Source: Eledone cirrhosa (taxonomy: Eukaryota). Taken from it: a stretch of DNA of 64,000 nucleotides. This document shows positions 1 through 13,558 of the stretch, piece by piece. Each line of letters starts with the position of its first letter. Position 1 is the first letter of the stretch. The position numbers and the translations under genes are program-made. The stretch is from contig OZ024749.1 of assembly GCA_964016885.1 (NCBI GenBank), positions 37,200,001 to 37,264,000 of the forward strand. Direction: 5' to 3'. Below the pieces are notes generated by a model. It did no database searches. It was given only the letters and a program-made list of their open reading frames with translations, and had not been told where the DNA came from.

Positions 1-9
1 TGGTTTTCA

Positions 10-622
10 TGGCAGTATCGGTAGAGGGTTGGACGCCATGATTCTCAATAATAGTTACGGCCCTTTATGGTGTCTGAGTTCAAATCCTGCCGAGGTTAAC
101 TTTGCATTTCATCCTTACGGAGTCGATAAAATTATGTACCAGTCACACACTGGGGTCGATTTAATCAAATTCCCCCTCCCCAAAATTGCTGGCCTTGTGT
201 CTATATAAGAAATCATTATTACTATATATATCGGTGGATTGGCAGTATCGGTAGAGAGTCGGACGCCATGCTTTCCAGCATAGTTACGTCCCTTTACGGT
301 CTGAGTTCAAATCCCGTCGAGGTTCACTTTGCCTTTCATCCTTATGGGGTCGATAAAATAAAGTACCAGTAATACACTGGGTTATTGCTGGTCTTGTGCC
401 AAAAAAGTAGAAACAATTATTACTCTCTATATCGTTAACAATTGTTTCTACTTTAGGCACAAGGCCAGCAATCACATAGTACATTACTGGTACTTTATGT
501 TATCGACCCCGTAAGGTTGAAGGGCAAAGTGAACCTCGGCGGGATTTGAACTCAGTTCGTAAAGGGACGTAACTATGCTGGAAAGCATGGCGTCCGACCC
601 TCTACCGATACTGCCAATCCAA
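10..622. mobile_element. Cluster of three tRNA-derived SINEs with a Nin/Deu-like core (10-220 +, 232-422 +, 438-622 -)
   Basis: A-box-like TGGCAGTATCGG, B-box GAGTTCAAATCC, core GCCGAGGTTAACTTTGCCTTTCATCCTTACGGGGTCGATAAAA and tail GGCCTTGTGCCAAAA..AGAAACAATTATT. The same unit recurs many times in the window. Confidence 0.85.
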
Positions 623-988
623 TTATATATCGTTAGTAATATTATTTCTATAGGAGAGTCGTTCAACATGATTCAGGAGTGTCGGCAGGTTTAATATTTG
701 TCTGATGCGGAGTACAGTGATGGCGGATGACGGACAGTAGCGGAAAGTGGACAATTTCCTCTCACTTTTACTAATAAAACATGTATGTCAGCTGTGTGCT
801 CAGACCAATGAAACAGAGAAGTCGGCAGGCAGAAAATATTACGTCTTTACTGGTGATGTTAGCGTGGCCAAACCGATAAAGAGCTCCTGACATACACTTT
901 ACATACATACTTACATATTACATACATATAGGATATATACATATATATACATAGATTATACATATGTATATGATATATATACATACAT

Positions 989-1086
<98 letters not shown>

Positions 1087-1640
1087 ATATACTTATATGT
1101 ATATACAAAACAATAATCGAATAACATTTAAATATATAAATAATGTATAATTTTATATAAATAAATGATGTATATTCATGAGTGTATCTAAATATAAAGA
1201 CAGAGAGAGAGAGAGGGTGGGAGAGAGAGAGAGAGAGACAGAGAGAGAGAGAGCGAAAGTGGGAGAGGGAGAGAGAGAGAGTAAAGAGAAGAAGAGGGAG
1301 ATAGAGAGATGTGCATTAATAGATAGATATAGACATAGATAAATAGATGGGTCTATATATATATATATACCCATCTATATAGATAGACTGATAGATAGAA
1401 AGATACATATATACACACAAATTTATACATACATACTGTATACATACATACATATATATATATATATGAAAACAAATTTAGTAATAAGGAAATGCTTAAT
1501 ACCAAATTTGCGTGAAAGACCCGACTGCCGCTTTCATTTGATGGCTATTATAAGGAAATAAACGCCATCTTGTATTGACATGCGTATATATATACACGCA
1601 TACATTTATGTACACACACTCCCACATATACCTACACACA

Positions 1641-1676
<36 letters not shown>

Positions 1677-1720
1677 AGGGCTGGAAAATTCCCGTTATAT
1701 ATATATATATATATATATAG

Positions 1721-2200
1721 ACATACGATATTAACAAATGGAAACTATATTTATAAAACCATATTTATTTCATTATACATATTTCAAGGACATCAAGTTA
1801 AATTATGGTGTGCTTTCATCAGAAAAAATATAATATAGATCAGTTTTATAAATAAATATTGACATACCCTTAAAAAATGCAACCATTGCTGTTGGAAGCT
1901 CCCGGATAGTCTATCTCCCGGATAACTATCCGGGAGCTTCCAACAGCAATGGTTGCATTTTTTAAGTGTATGTCAATATTTATTTATAAAAGTGATCTAT
2001 ATTATATTTTGTCTGATGAAAGCACACCATAATTTAACTTGATGTCCTTGAAATATGTATAATGAAATAAATATGGTTTTATAAATATAGTTTCCATTTG
2101 TTAATATCGTATGTTTACTCCAAATACTTGTTGAGTGCTTTATATCAGTTATAAAAATATTTGCTTGTTGTATCCCAACAATTTAAATAGAACTTTTGCA
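1721..2200 (+). mobile_element. Fold-back HHR element, family B (Penelope pLTR-like): 190-bp inverted arms plus tail
   Basis: Arms 1721-1910 and 1925-2114 (about 3 mismatches, 14-nt spacer), unique tail 2115-2200, (TA)n on both sides. A partial relative lies at about 46740-46820. Confidence 0.75.
2005..2069 (+). ncRNA. Type I hammerhead ribozyme motif (mirror copy with weaker stem I at 1766-1830, - strand)
   Basis: Stem I TATTTTGT/ATGAAATA (2 GU pairs), CTGATGA, imperfect stem II AAGCACACCA..TGATGTCCTT, GAAA, mini stem III A-TATGTA-T, predicted cut after A2061. Confidence 0.6.
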
Positions 2201-2234
2201 TATATATATATATATATTTATATATATATGTATG

Positions 2235-2290
<56 letters not shown>

Positions 2291-2295
<5 letters not shown>

Positions 2296-2490
2296 TTTAT
2301 AGAAGGAGCTTCTACAGGACTAGTACTGTTTCATTCAGATGAAATCTTCAGGAAGCTTCCTGAAGATTTCATCTGAATGAAACAGTACTAGTCCTGTAGA
2401 AGCTCCTTCTATAAAATAAAAAAAATTTACTCTGCCATGTATTGAGTACCTTACTTACTGTGGTTATCCCCGACTCAATCCGGGACCTAC
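2291..2490 (+). mobile_element. Fold-back HHR element, family A: perfect 130-bp palindrome plus tail
   Basis: 2291-2355 is the exact reverse complement of 2356-2420. Tail 2421-2490, flanked by (TA)n. Confidence 0.8.
2354..2404 (+). ncRNA. Type I hammerhead ribozyme motif (identical mirror copy at 2307-2357, - strand)
   Basis: AGCTTC-CTGAAGA-T TTC ATCT GAA T-GAAA-CAG TACTAGTC CTG-TA-GAAGCT. Stems I, II and III all form; GUA triplet, cut after A2398. Confidence 0.8.
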
Positions 2491-3399
2491 GTATATATAT
2501 ATATATATGCATATATGTGTGTGTGAATATATATTTATGTGTAAACCTTTTATCAATGTATAAAGCTGAAAATTCCATACAAGATGTTCTGCACTTTTGT
2601 GCGAAATCTTCCACCCGTGACTATCCATCATAGATTAGTGTATGGATAACGCCAATAACAAACGGAACCTTTCCTTATTTAACACGGTAAAGTGTGGTTC
2701 GTAGTGTTGCTATTTCTGGATAGCCGGTAAACCACATAGCAACATCTTACGTTTACCCACGTACCCCTCTGTTTAAATCTTAACATCCTGTACCTCACGA
2801 AACCACATTAGCAAGACATTCTTGAAAAGAAAAAAACTAGCGCTATGACTACATCACGTTAAAAAGTAAAAAACTTTTATCCTAATACCATTAATTTTTC
2901 GAACGATTTGTCCAACATTTTTATTAACATGTCCGTGATACCCCTAAATGAGATGTAAAATCTTTGACACCCTTAATTTATGTGATATTTGTGACACCAG
3001 AAATCTATATATAGAATCTGGATTATTGTAAATTACTCTCTCGCTTTAGTTCTTCTATAAAATCTATCGTTCTCTCTGGTTGGTATTTCATTTATTGTTT
3101 TCTTCTATTTAATATACGATTGCATCCTTCTTCTATTTCGACTGTCAAAAGCCACCAACAACTCCGTACTCCTCTCTTGCGATCTACATTGATTTATTAC
3201 TCTTCACAAAAAAACCTCTCACATCGTGCTGAATATTACGAAAGTTGTCATCTACCAGACTCTCCCCCACATCACTGACAGGTCTCGACTACAGATACTG
3301 AAAAACTAACATGCACAAGCTCTTACATAAGTACACATATACACACTCTCACATACAGTAGCTCACTTCTATACCCCATATATATATATGTATATATAC

Positions 3400-3480
<81 letters not shown>

Positions 3481-3703
3481 TAAATATAAATATATATATA
3501 CAGACACACATGCACACACACACATATATATATATATACATATATATAAATATATATATTTACATATATATATATATATATACATATATATAAATATATA
3601 TATTTACATATATATATATATACATATATACATATATATACATATATATATATACATATATATATACGTATATATATATACATATATATATGTACATATA
3701 TAT

Positions 3704-3736
<33 letters not shown>

Positions 3737-3759
3737 GTTACACATAATAATATAAATAC

Positions 3760-3790
<31 letters not shown>

Positions 3791-4183
3791 CATAGACATA
3801 TACGTGGACACATACATACATTCATACATACATTCATACGTACATACATACCCAAATAGATACATACAGACATATACATACACATACATACATATATGCA
3901 TATACATGGATCCACACCCATATATACACATAAAGGGCTCACAGTGATAAAAATCAGTGTCGTTTTTCTATTATCCCAAGACATTTAATTGAATTTTATT
4001 TTCATTTCAATTCATTTCAGTTTATATAAGATTCTTTAGTAGTTGTATTACTTTTTTTGTTTTACTTTTCAAAATTTTTTGATATTTCAAAATTTAATAT
4101 TCTATTGTCTTTGCGTTTAATTTTTCCACATTTTTTTCATACTATTTAATTTCTCATATATACATATAGAAGTATATATATAC

Positions 4184-4289
<106 letters not shown>

Positions 4290-4323
4290 GTAAATAGATA
4301 GATAGATAGATGTATATATATAC

Positions 4324-4387
<64 letters not shown>

Positions 4388-4482
4388 TATATAGATATAT
4401 ATAGATAGATAAATAGACAGATGTATATATATACATATATATATACATATATATAGATAGATAGATAGATGTATATATATAC

Positions 4483-4574
<92 letters not shown>

Positions 4575-4594
4575 TTTAAATTTTGTTTCAGTTT

Positions 4595-4629
<35 letters not shown>

Positions 4630-4788
4630 ACATTGAATCCGATCATGACTTGAAACCGGATATATTAATTTGAAACAAAGAACGCCATCACCATTCTGAG
4701 ATAAATGCCTCCATAGACACCTGCAGTTTGGTCGATAATGACTTTTCAATTTACACCTCCAAGACTGACGCGACACATTCACGAACTG

Positions 4789-4850
<62 letters not shown>

Positions 4851-4956
4851 GTCAACGTCATCGTCATCGTCATCATCATTTTTATCTCCTTCGTCGTTGT
4901 CATCATCACCATTATCAGCGTCTTCGTCATTAACATCACCATCGCCATCGTCGTCG

Positions 4957-5007
<51 letters not shown>

Positions 5008-5054
5008 CCATTACCATCATCTCCACCGCTGCCAACACAAATACCTTCACCATT

Positions 5055-5085
<31 letters not shown>

Positions 5086-5146
5086 ACAAAAAACGTTATG
5101 GTAATCATCATCATCATCATGATCATTATTGTAGTTATTATTAATT

Positions 5147-5553
5147 GGGCGGTGGATTGGCAGTATCGGTAGAGGGTCGGACGCCATGCTTTGACGCATG
5201 GAGTTACGGCCCTTGCCGTTCTGAGTTCAAATCCCGCCGAGGTTAACTTTGCCTTTCATCCTTACGGGGTCGATAAAATAAAGTACCAGTAATGTACTGG
5301 GGTGATTGCTGGCCTTGTGCCAAAATTAGAAACAATTATTGTAGTTATTATAAATGATCATTATTGTGGATTGGCAGTATCAGTGGAGGGTTGGACGCCA
5401 TGCTTTGCAGCATAGAGTTACGGACCTTTACGGTCTGAGTTCAAATCCCGCCGGGGTTAGCTTTGCCTGTCATCCTTACGGAGTCAATAAAATAAAGTAC
5501 CAGTAATGTACTGGGTAATTGCTGGCCTTGTGCCAAAAATAGAAACAATTATT
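5147..5553 (+). mobile_element. Two tandem Nin/Deu-like SINEs
   Basis: Full head, core and tail twice. ATTATTGTAGTTATTA is repeated around the first copy (TSD-like). Confidence 0.85.
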
Positions 5554-5569
5554 ATAATCATCATTCTTG

Positions 5570-5600
<31 letters not shown>

Positions 5601-6307
5601 TCCCACTGCCACCACCACCACCACCATCACAGCCATAACCCCATCCAACACAATCATCATCACCAACATCGTCATCGCCACCATCATTATTATGAATATC
5701 ATCAACTATTGATATACCAAGAGGAACGAAGATAAAGAAATTTATAAATCTTTCTAAATCTATACATAACATGACAGTCCCCCGGGGAAACGTCTTCTCC
5801 ATTCTGCCCGCCGGGGCTCTGGAGTGGCCAGCACAGATAACCCCATTTGCTCACCATACAGAGAGAGAGATGAGGAGGGCGAGAGAGATGGAGGTGATGA
5901 CTGTGGGAGTTCGGCTCTTCCACGTTCGGACCATATCCTGTGGTTACGTTCAATATCTATAGTGTTCTTTCTATTACCCAAGGTAGACATTTAAATTGTT
6001 TTACCACGTTTCAATACCTTTATAACTCTCTGACGTTCTAAAACAAAACAAACAAACAAACAAACAAAAATACAAAAAGATCATTCGTGACTTTACACAC
6101 AGACATGACAGTACATGTTGTATGATATTGCCAGGCATCGTCGCTATAAAGTCCGTAGTTATGTGTTTCCAGCGTGTAATCTAGAATAGATAGTCCTATG
6201 ATTTCGATTACATTCGCTCCATCCATGTTGTACGCTAGTAAACCTCGCTACCAGAGAAATATAGCATACATACAAACACGTATATTAATATATACATACA
6301 TACACAC

Positions 6308-6429
<122 letters not shown>

Positions 6430-6615
6430 TTATCCCGGGTTCAATCGGGGATAACCACAGTAAGTAAGGTATTCAATACATAACAGAGTATAAATAATTA
6501 ATATAGAAACGGCTTATGCAGGACTAGAACTGTTTCATTCTTGAGAAACCGTCAGGAAAAACTTCCTGGATGATTTTTCCCGAATAAAACAGTTCATGTC
6601 CTATAGAAACCATTT
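6430..6615 (-). mobile_element. Decayed family A fold-back element
   Basis: 6430-6490 is the reverse complement of the 2425-2485 tail, followed by an imperfect palindrome centred near 6560. The HHR cores are mutated. Confidence 0.7.
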
Positions 6616-6632
6616 ATATAAATATATATATA

Positions 6633-6695
<63 letters not shown>

Positions 6696-6731
6696 GTATA
6701 TATATATAAATATATATATATTTATATGTAT

Positions 6732-6938
<207 letters not shown>

Positions 6939-6967
6939 AATATATATATATTTATATATATATATAC

Positions 6968-7008
<41 letters not shown>

Positions 7009-7266
7009 TATATACAATATTTCATTGCAATAAATAAACATATTTACTAACCAGTCTTATATATTCCAAAAAGCACACGCACTCATCGTATAAAGGTTGT
7101 ATAAAGATGTAATTATAGGTTAGTAGGCAGTGGTGGCGTGTGATAATGGAGTGTTTTAGATTTTCTTAACTGGCTTCATACTCTTACTTATACACACATC
7201 TATAAACACACACACACACACGCACGCACACACACACACACACACACACATACACACACACACACG

Positions 7267-7320
<54 letters not shown>

Positions 7321-7480
7321 GATAAATCTACCAAGAGTTTACGGTAGTGTCCAATCCGTATGAAGAACTCAATGTAATAGTTGAGCTCTTTCAATTGTCC
7401 ATCATCCATATCACAATGGTTTTATTCATTATTTTTTTAATATTTTATATATATATATATATAAGTTTTAATATAGAAGG

Positions 7481-7529
7481 GCTTCTACAGGACTAGAACT
7501 GTTTCATTCATGAGAAATCATCAGGAAGC
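7481..7529 (-). ncRNA. Type I hammerhead ribozyme motif, family A
   Basis: Minus strand reads GCTTC-CTGATGA-T TTC TCAT GAA T-GAAA-CAG TTCTAGTC CTG-TA-GAAGC. Confidence 0.8.
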
Positions 7530-7646
7530 TGGCTGTCCGAGTAAATGGTAGTATTTATATCTTTCCTTATCTGGTGGTAGAAGATGGTGGGGATTGGGAT
7601 GTATATATATATATATATATATATATGTTTACATACATATATATAT

Positions 7647-7715
<69 letters not shown>

Positions 7716-7720
7716 ACACG

Positions 7721-7754
<34 letters not shown>

Positions 7755-7771
7755 AGTTTTAATATAGAAGG

Positions 7772-7820
7772 GCTTCTACGGGACTAGAACTGTTTCATTC
7801 ATGAGAAATCATCAGGAAGC
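7772..7820 (-). ncRNA. Type I hammerhead ribozyme motif, family A, tandem copy
   Basis: Same as 7481-7529 but with one stem III mismatch; 291 bp apart. Confidence 0.7.
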
Positions 7821-7888
7821 TGGCTGTCCAAGTAAATGGTAGTATTTATATCTTTCCTTATCTGGTGGTAGAAGATGGTGGGGATTGG

Positions 7889-7919
<31 letters not shown>

Positions 7920-7939
7920 GTTTACATACATATATATAT

Positions 7940-8020
<81 letters not shown>

Positions 8021-8039
8021 TACATACATATATATATGT

Positions 8040-8105
<66 letters not shown>

Positions 8106-8339
8106 ATGTGTGTATGTGTAGTAGTAGTAGTTGGCGTGGTGTTTGCTGTAGTAGTTGTGGTAGTAAATCATTATTGTTGTCAGTCAGACTCTGTCGTCAA
8201 TATTAAAGAAACTAAGCAGAAAACAGCTGTGATGAATGTATTAGAGACTTGCTGGGTATATTGGAGGGAGTGAGGGTTAGGCTGAGACGGAGATGGTGTA
8301 GGGACAGAGAGAGGGTGGGAGAGAGAGGGGAGAGAGAGA

Positions 8340-8503
8340 GAGAGGGGGAGAGAAAGGAGTTGTCAGAGAGCGAGGGAAAGGGACTGAGAGTGTAAGATAG
8401 ATGGAGCTAGAGAGAAAGAGAGGGGGGGGGGCGAGAAAGGAGTTGTCAGAGAGCGAGGGAAAGAGATTGGAGAGAGTAAGATAGAAGGATTTAGGGAGAG
8501 AGA

Positions 8504-8548
<45 letters not shown>

Positions 8549-8612
8549 GGATTTGACAGAGAGCGAGGGAAAGGGATTGGAGAGAGTAAGATAGAAGGAT
8601 TTAGGGAGAGAG

Positions 8613-8652
<40 letters not shown>

Positions 8653-8721
8653 GGATTTGACAGAGAGCGAGGGAAAGGGATTGGAGAGAGTAAGATAGAA
8701 GGATTTAGGGAGAGAGAGATG

Positions 8722-8774
<53 letters not shown>

Positions 8775-8924
8775 GGATTTGTCAGAGAGCGAGGGAAAGG
8801 GATTGGAGAGAGTAAGATAGAAGGATTTAGGGAGAGAGAGATGGGAGAGAGAGAGAGAGAGAGAGAGAGTCAGAGGATTTGTCAGAGAGCGAGGGAAAAG
8901 GATTGGAGAGAGTAAGATAGATGG

Positions 8925-9007
<83 letters not shown>

Positions 9008-9080
9008 GGATTTGACAGAGAGCGAGGGAAAGGGATTGGAGAGAGTAAGATAGAAGGATTTAGGAAGAGAGAGATGGTAG

Positions 9081-9134
<54 letters not shown>

Positions 9135-9202
9135 GGATTTGTCAGAGAGCGAGGGAAAGGGATTGGAGAGAGTAAGATAGAAGGATTTAGGGAGAGAGAG
9201 AT

Positions 9203-9242
<40 letters not shown>

Positions 9243-9292
9243 GGATTTGTCAGAGAGCGAGGGAAAAGGATTGGAGAGAGTAAGATAGATGG

Positions 9293-9341
<49 letters not shown>

Positions 9342-9551
9342 GGATTTGTTAGAGAGCGAGGGAAAGGGATTGGAGAGAGTAAGATAGAAGGATTTAGGGA
9401 GAGAGAGAGAGGGGGGAAGGAGTTGTCAGAGAGAGAGGGGGGGGGGGGATGAGTTGTCAGAGAGAGAGAGAGAGAGTGAGTCAGAGGATTTGTCAGAGAG
9501 CGAGGGAAAGGGATTGGAGAGAGTAAGATAGATGGATTTAGGGAGAGAGAT

Positions 9552-9613
<62 letters not shown>

Positions 9614-9635
9614 GGATTTGTCAGAGAGCGAGAGA
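8340..9635. repeat. Compound purine-rich minisatellite (about 70-bp constant unit plus variable (AG)n)
   Basis: About 10-11 copies of GTCAGAGGATTTGTCAGAGAGCGAGGGAAAGGGATTGGAGAGAGTAAGATAGAAGGATTTAGGG. Confidence 0.9.
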
Positions 9636-9679
9636 AAAAGAAAAGGTGAGAGAGAAGAAAGCGAGTGATGGATATAGAA

Positions 9680-9967
9680 ATGGTGGTGATGATGGTGGTG
9701 ATGGTGGTGGTGATGGTGGAGGTGGTGATGGTGGTGGTGATGGTGGAGGTGGTGATGGTGGAGGTGGTGATGGTGGTGGTGATGGTGGAGGTGGTGATGG
9801 TGGTGGTGGTGATGATGGTGGTGATGGTGGAGGTGGTGATGGTGATGGTGGTGATGGTGGTGGTGATGGTGGAGGTGGTGATGGTGGTGATGGTGGTGGT
9901 GGTGATGGTGGAGGTGGTGGTGGTGATGATGGTGGTGATGGTGGAGGTGGTGATGGTGGAGGTGGTG
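9680..9967. repeat. (GGT/GAT/GGA)n trinucleotide array
   Basis: Directly visible. Confidence 0.95.
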
Positions 9968-10056
9968 AAGCTTGATTAGTTATTCATTATGTCTTGTCTT
10001 GACAAACACGCTTGGCCATGTCTAATACGTTAATATGTATACATTACCCATCTGTG

Positions 10057-10126
<70 letters not shown>

Positions 10127-10869
10127 CGTCTGTCTATCTCTCTATCTATCGATCTATCGGTTTGTCTATCTATCCGCATTGTGGTGATCCACTATCTACC
10201 ATCTTAGCACACACCCATGATACATAGAGAGAAAGATAGATAGATAGAGAGAGAGGGTAAGAAAGAGATAGAGCGTGTGAGAGAGATAGAGAGTAAGAAA
10301 GAGATAGAAAGATAATGAAATAGACTGACAGAGAGAGGGAGAGTGGAAGGTATTTCGTTTCTCGTTAGTCTGTCATGCCTCAAGACACTCATCAAATATT
10401 AACTCTTCCAATAGATTCAACAGAAACTTCGGCCATCTTCTCCCCCTCCTCCTTTCTCTTTCTCATCCTCCTAACTCTTTTTCTCTCCTCTCACTCCTTT
10501 AGACATATGTCTCCTTCTCCTCTCTCTCTCTTTCTCTTAAACCACCAACCTCTCCCTTACAATATACTGCTGCTGCTAACACATATAACAGTCCAATCTC
10601 TCTCTTCTCTGATACACAACCTTGTCTGTCTTGTAATAGAGAAGTTAGTCTGGACCTATTTAATGTAGTGAGAACATTCAAAATCTAATTACGAATAATT
10701 ATGTGGCGAGGAAAAGTCAATATTAGTTTGATGACTAATATTTTAAATTCTAATAATTTCGTCAAGTACGATATACAACACCATATATGATACCTTCTTA
10801 CAGTTTTTAGTAAAGCACAGACTTCACAGCACGTACCAATGTAGTGACGAGATAATCATTTAGTAGATC

Positions 10870-11040
10870 TCTATTCAGTATCGATAGAGGGTCGGACAGT
10901 TTGTATTGCAGCCCTTTATGATCTGAGTTCAATCCCGCCGTGGTTAAAGTTGCCTTTCATCCTTACGGGGGACGATAAAATAAAGTACCAGTAATACACT
11001 GGGATAATTGCTAGCCTTGTGCCAAATGTAGAAACAATTA
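10870..11040 (+). mobile_element. Nin/Deu-like SINE
   Basis: B box, core and tail match the family. Confidence 0.8.
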
Positions 11041-11405
11041 CTATATGTGACTTAGCGAGAAAAAAATAACAAAACCAAAAGCAATATTAATGATTCTCAG
11101 CAAAAGAGCAACAGTCAGCTAAAATATTTGTTAGAAATCAAAAGAAGAGTTGAAATGACTAGAAAGTTCGTTGACGAAATAGCAAGCATATAAACATTAA
11201 GAAATATACGTATGAAAGCCAGAAAAGATTTATTAGTTACGTATATAGCAGTCTTTTAGATGTGGGTATACATATTAGAATATGGCGGCGAATTGGCATA
11301 GTCGTTAGAACGTGGGATAGAGTACTACTTTGACGCTAAGAATAAAGCCAGAAAATAATTATTAGTTACGTATGTAGCAGTCTTCTATAGATTAGAACTC
11401 TTTAA

Positions 11406-11626
11406 CGCTTTAACATTTACATTACTCTATATATACTATTGTATTTTCATGGTAAAGGCTTTATCTTACATAATTATCTCACATAACATCGAATCTACGA
11501 GATTTTGATGCTATTTATTTCGAGAACAATACCTTAATATCAGTATGAGTGGCTGGTTACAGCCGGTTTGAACAGAAAGAGATGAGAGAATTCTGGTCGG
11601 GTATGGCCGGTTTAAATGCTAAAGGG
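11406..11626. mobile_element. piggyBac-like MITE
   Basis: TTAA at 11402-11405 and 11627-11630; TIRs CGCTTTAACATTTA / TAAATGCTAAAGGG. Confidence 0.75.
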
Positions 11627-12782
11627 TTAAGATGTGTGTATATTGTGAGAATATGGCGGCGAATTGGCAGACTCATTAGAACGTCGGATAGAATACTATG
11701 ACGCTAAACTCCTCCAGTTGCAGACTGCGCATCAATAGGAGATATTTTTTTTTTCTCCACAAAGTTCGATCACCAGCAGCAGAGTTTAAAGAGCAAAGAT
11801 CAAGTCCAGTCTATAAGTTGATAGAGTGCTTAGCGTTATTTGTTTCGGCACTCTGCTCTCCGAGTTCAAATCCAACTGAGGTCATCTTTGCTTTGCATCC
11901 ATTAGAGGTGAAGAAATAAAAAAAAAAAGCCAATCCAATACTGGCGTCAACTCTTCCTGATTATCTCTTTCTCACTTCCATTCTCTAACACTTCACCTTT
12001 CTCTGGAAGGGAAATCTACTGTATTAAGACCTGGATAGGAGATAGGCTCCATCAGGTTTAAAAATACCAGTATGACAATGCGGCGCCCCTACGACTCACG
12101 CCAGGAGTTACGGGACCATGTATGCATGCACACTATGAGAATATCTGAAATTAACTGGCATATTATCAAAAGGAATTATTAGAAGATTCTTAGAGAAACA
12201 GGGAGGACTATTTGTGTAATGAGTCTAAATGTATGTTTATTAAATATACGCATGTAGATATGTTTACAAATTGATCCCAATCAATACTTTAATTTACATG
12301 TGTTTGTGTCAATGTGTGTGTGTGTGTTTGTGTGTGTGGTGTGTGTGTGTGTGTGTGTGTGTGTGCTTATCCCTTAAACCAAACCACAATAAAATAAAGA
12401 CACACCCCCTAACAATGCTAGAGATAGAAAGGAAAAACAGAAGAGAAACAGCTAGAGAGATAGCAAAAACCAGAGATAGAAAAGGAGTCAGAGTGAAAGA
12501 GAGAGGGGGGAGGTAGACAGGTAGAAAGAGAGATAGTAAAAGTTAAGGGAGAGACGGACAGACAGAGAGTAAGGGTAGGGGGGGGGGGGGGGGGGCAAGA
12601 GTTGGAGTAAGAGAGAGAGAGAGAAGCAAAGGCAAAGGTAAGAAGAAGGACTTGAGAAAAGTCTGAGGGGGATAAAAAAAAATCACGGTATTTTGAATGG
12701 CAGGCTGCTACGTATATGAAAGAGTGAGTGTGTGCGTATGTGTGAGTGTATATATATATATATATATACATACATACATATG

Positions 12783-12854
<72 letters not shown>

Positions 12855-12934
12855 CATATGTATATATATATATGTATAATTATACATACATTTGTATATA
12901 TATATATATATATATATAGATAGATAGATACCAA

Positions 12935-12991
<57 letters not shown>

Positions 12992-12993
12992 AA

Positions 12994-13071
<78 letters not shown>

Positions 13072-13112
13072 GTATATATATATATAGGAAATATATATAT
13101 ATATATATATAT

Positions 13113-13312
13113 ATAGGAAAAAGTATGACCCCGACGGCAGAGCTCAAGCCGTTTCGACGGCTATTTCTATATTTTGTCCAGAAATAGCCGTCGAAACGGC
13201 TTGAGCTCTGCCGTCGGGGTCATACTTTTTCCTATTTCCCACTCTACTACCCTAAGTATTGAGTACTCTGGTGCGTTATGGTCCATCTGGTTCCTTACCA
13301 CAATTCCTTTGT
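13113..13312 (+). mobile_element. Fold-back element, family C (3' half of an HHR plus tail)
   Basis: Perfect 56-bp arms 13113-13168 and 13180-13235 containing GAAA-CGGC TTGAGCTCT GCCG-TC. Tail runs to 13312, in (TA)n. Confidence 0.75.
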
Positions 13313-13346
13313 TATATATATATATATAAATATGCATGTATATATG

Positions 13347-13500
<154 letters not shown>

Positions 13501-13511
13501 CATATGTATAT

Positions 13512-13558
13512 ATTCCTGATGATTTCAAATGAATGAAACAGTTCTAGTCCTGTAGAAT
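13512..13558 (+). ncRNA. Type I hammerhead ribozyme motif, family A
   Basis: ATTC-CTGATGA-T TTC AAAT GAA T-GAAA-CAG TTCTAGTC CTG-TA-GAAT. Confidence 0.75.

Noticed and set aside
5760-5990. Possible host terminal exon (DIERNHRIW...)
   Set aside because: The acceptor is weak and part of it matches islands at 38365 and 55834, so it is more likely a repeat.
8340-9635. CRISPR-like repeat/spacer periodicity and TTAGGG words
   Set aside because: The spacers are only (AG)n, there are no cas genes, the context is eukaryotic, and TTAGGG is not tandem.
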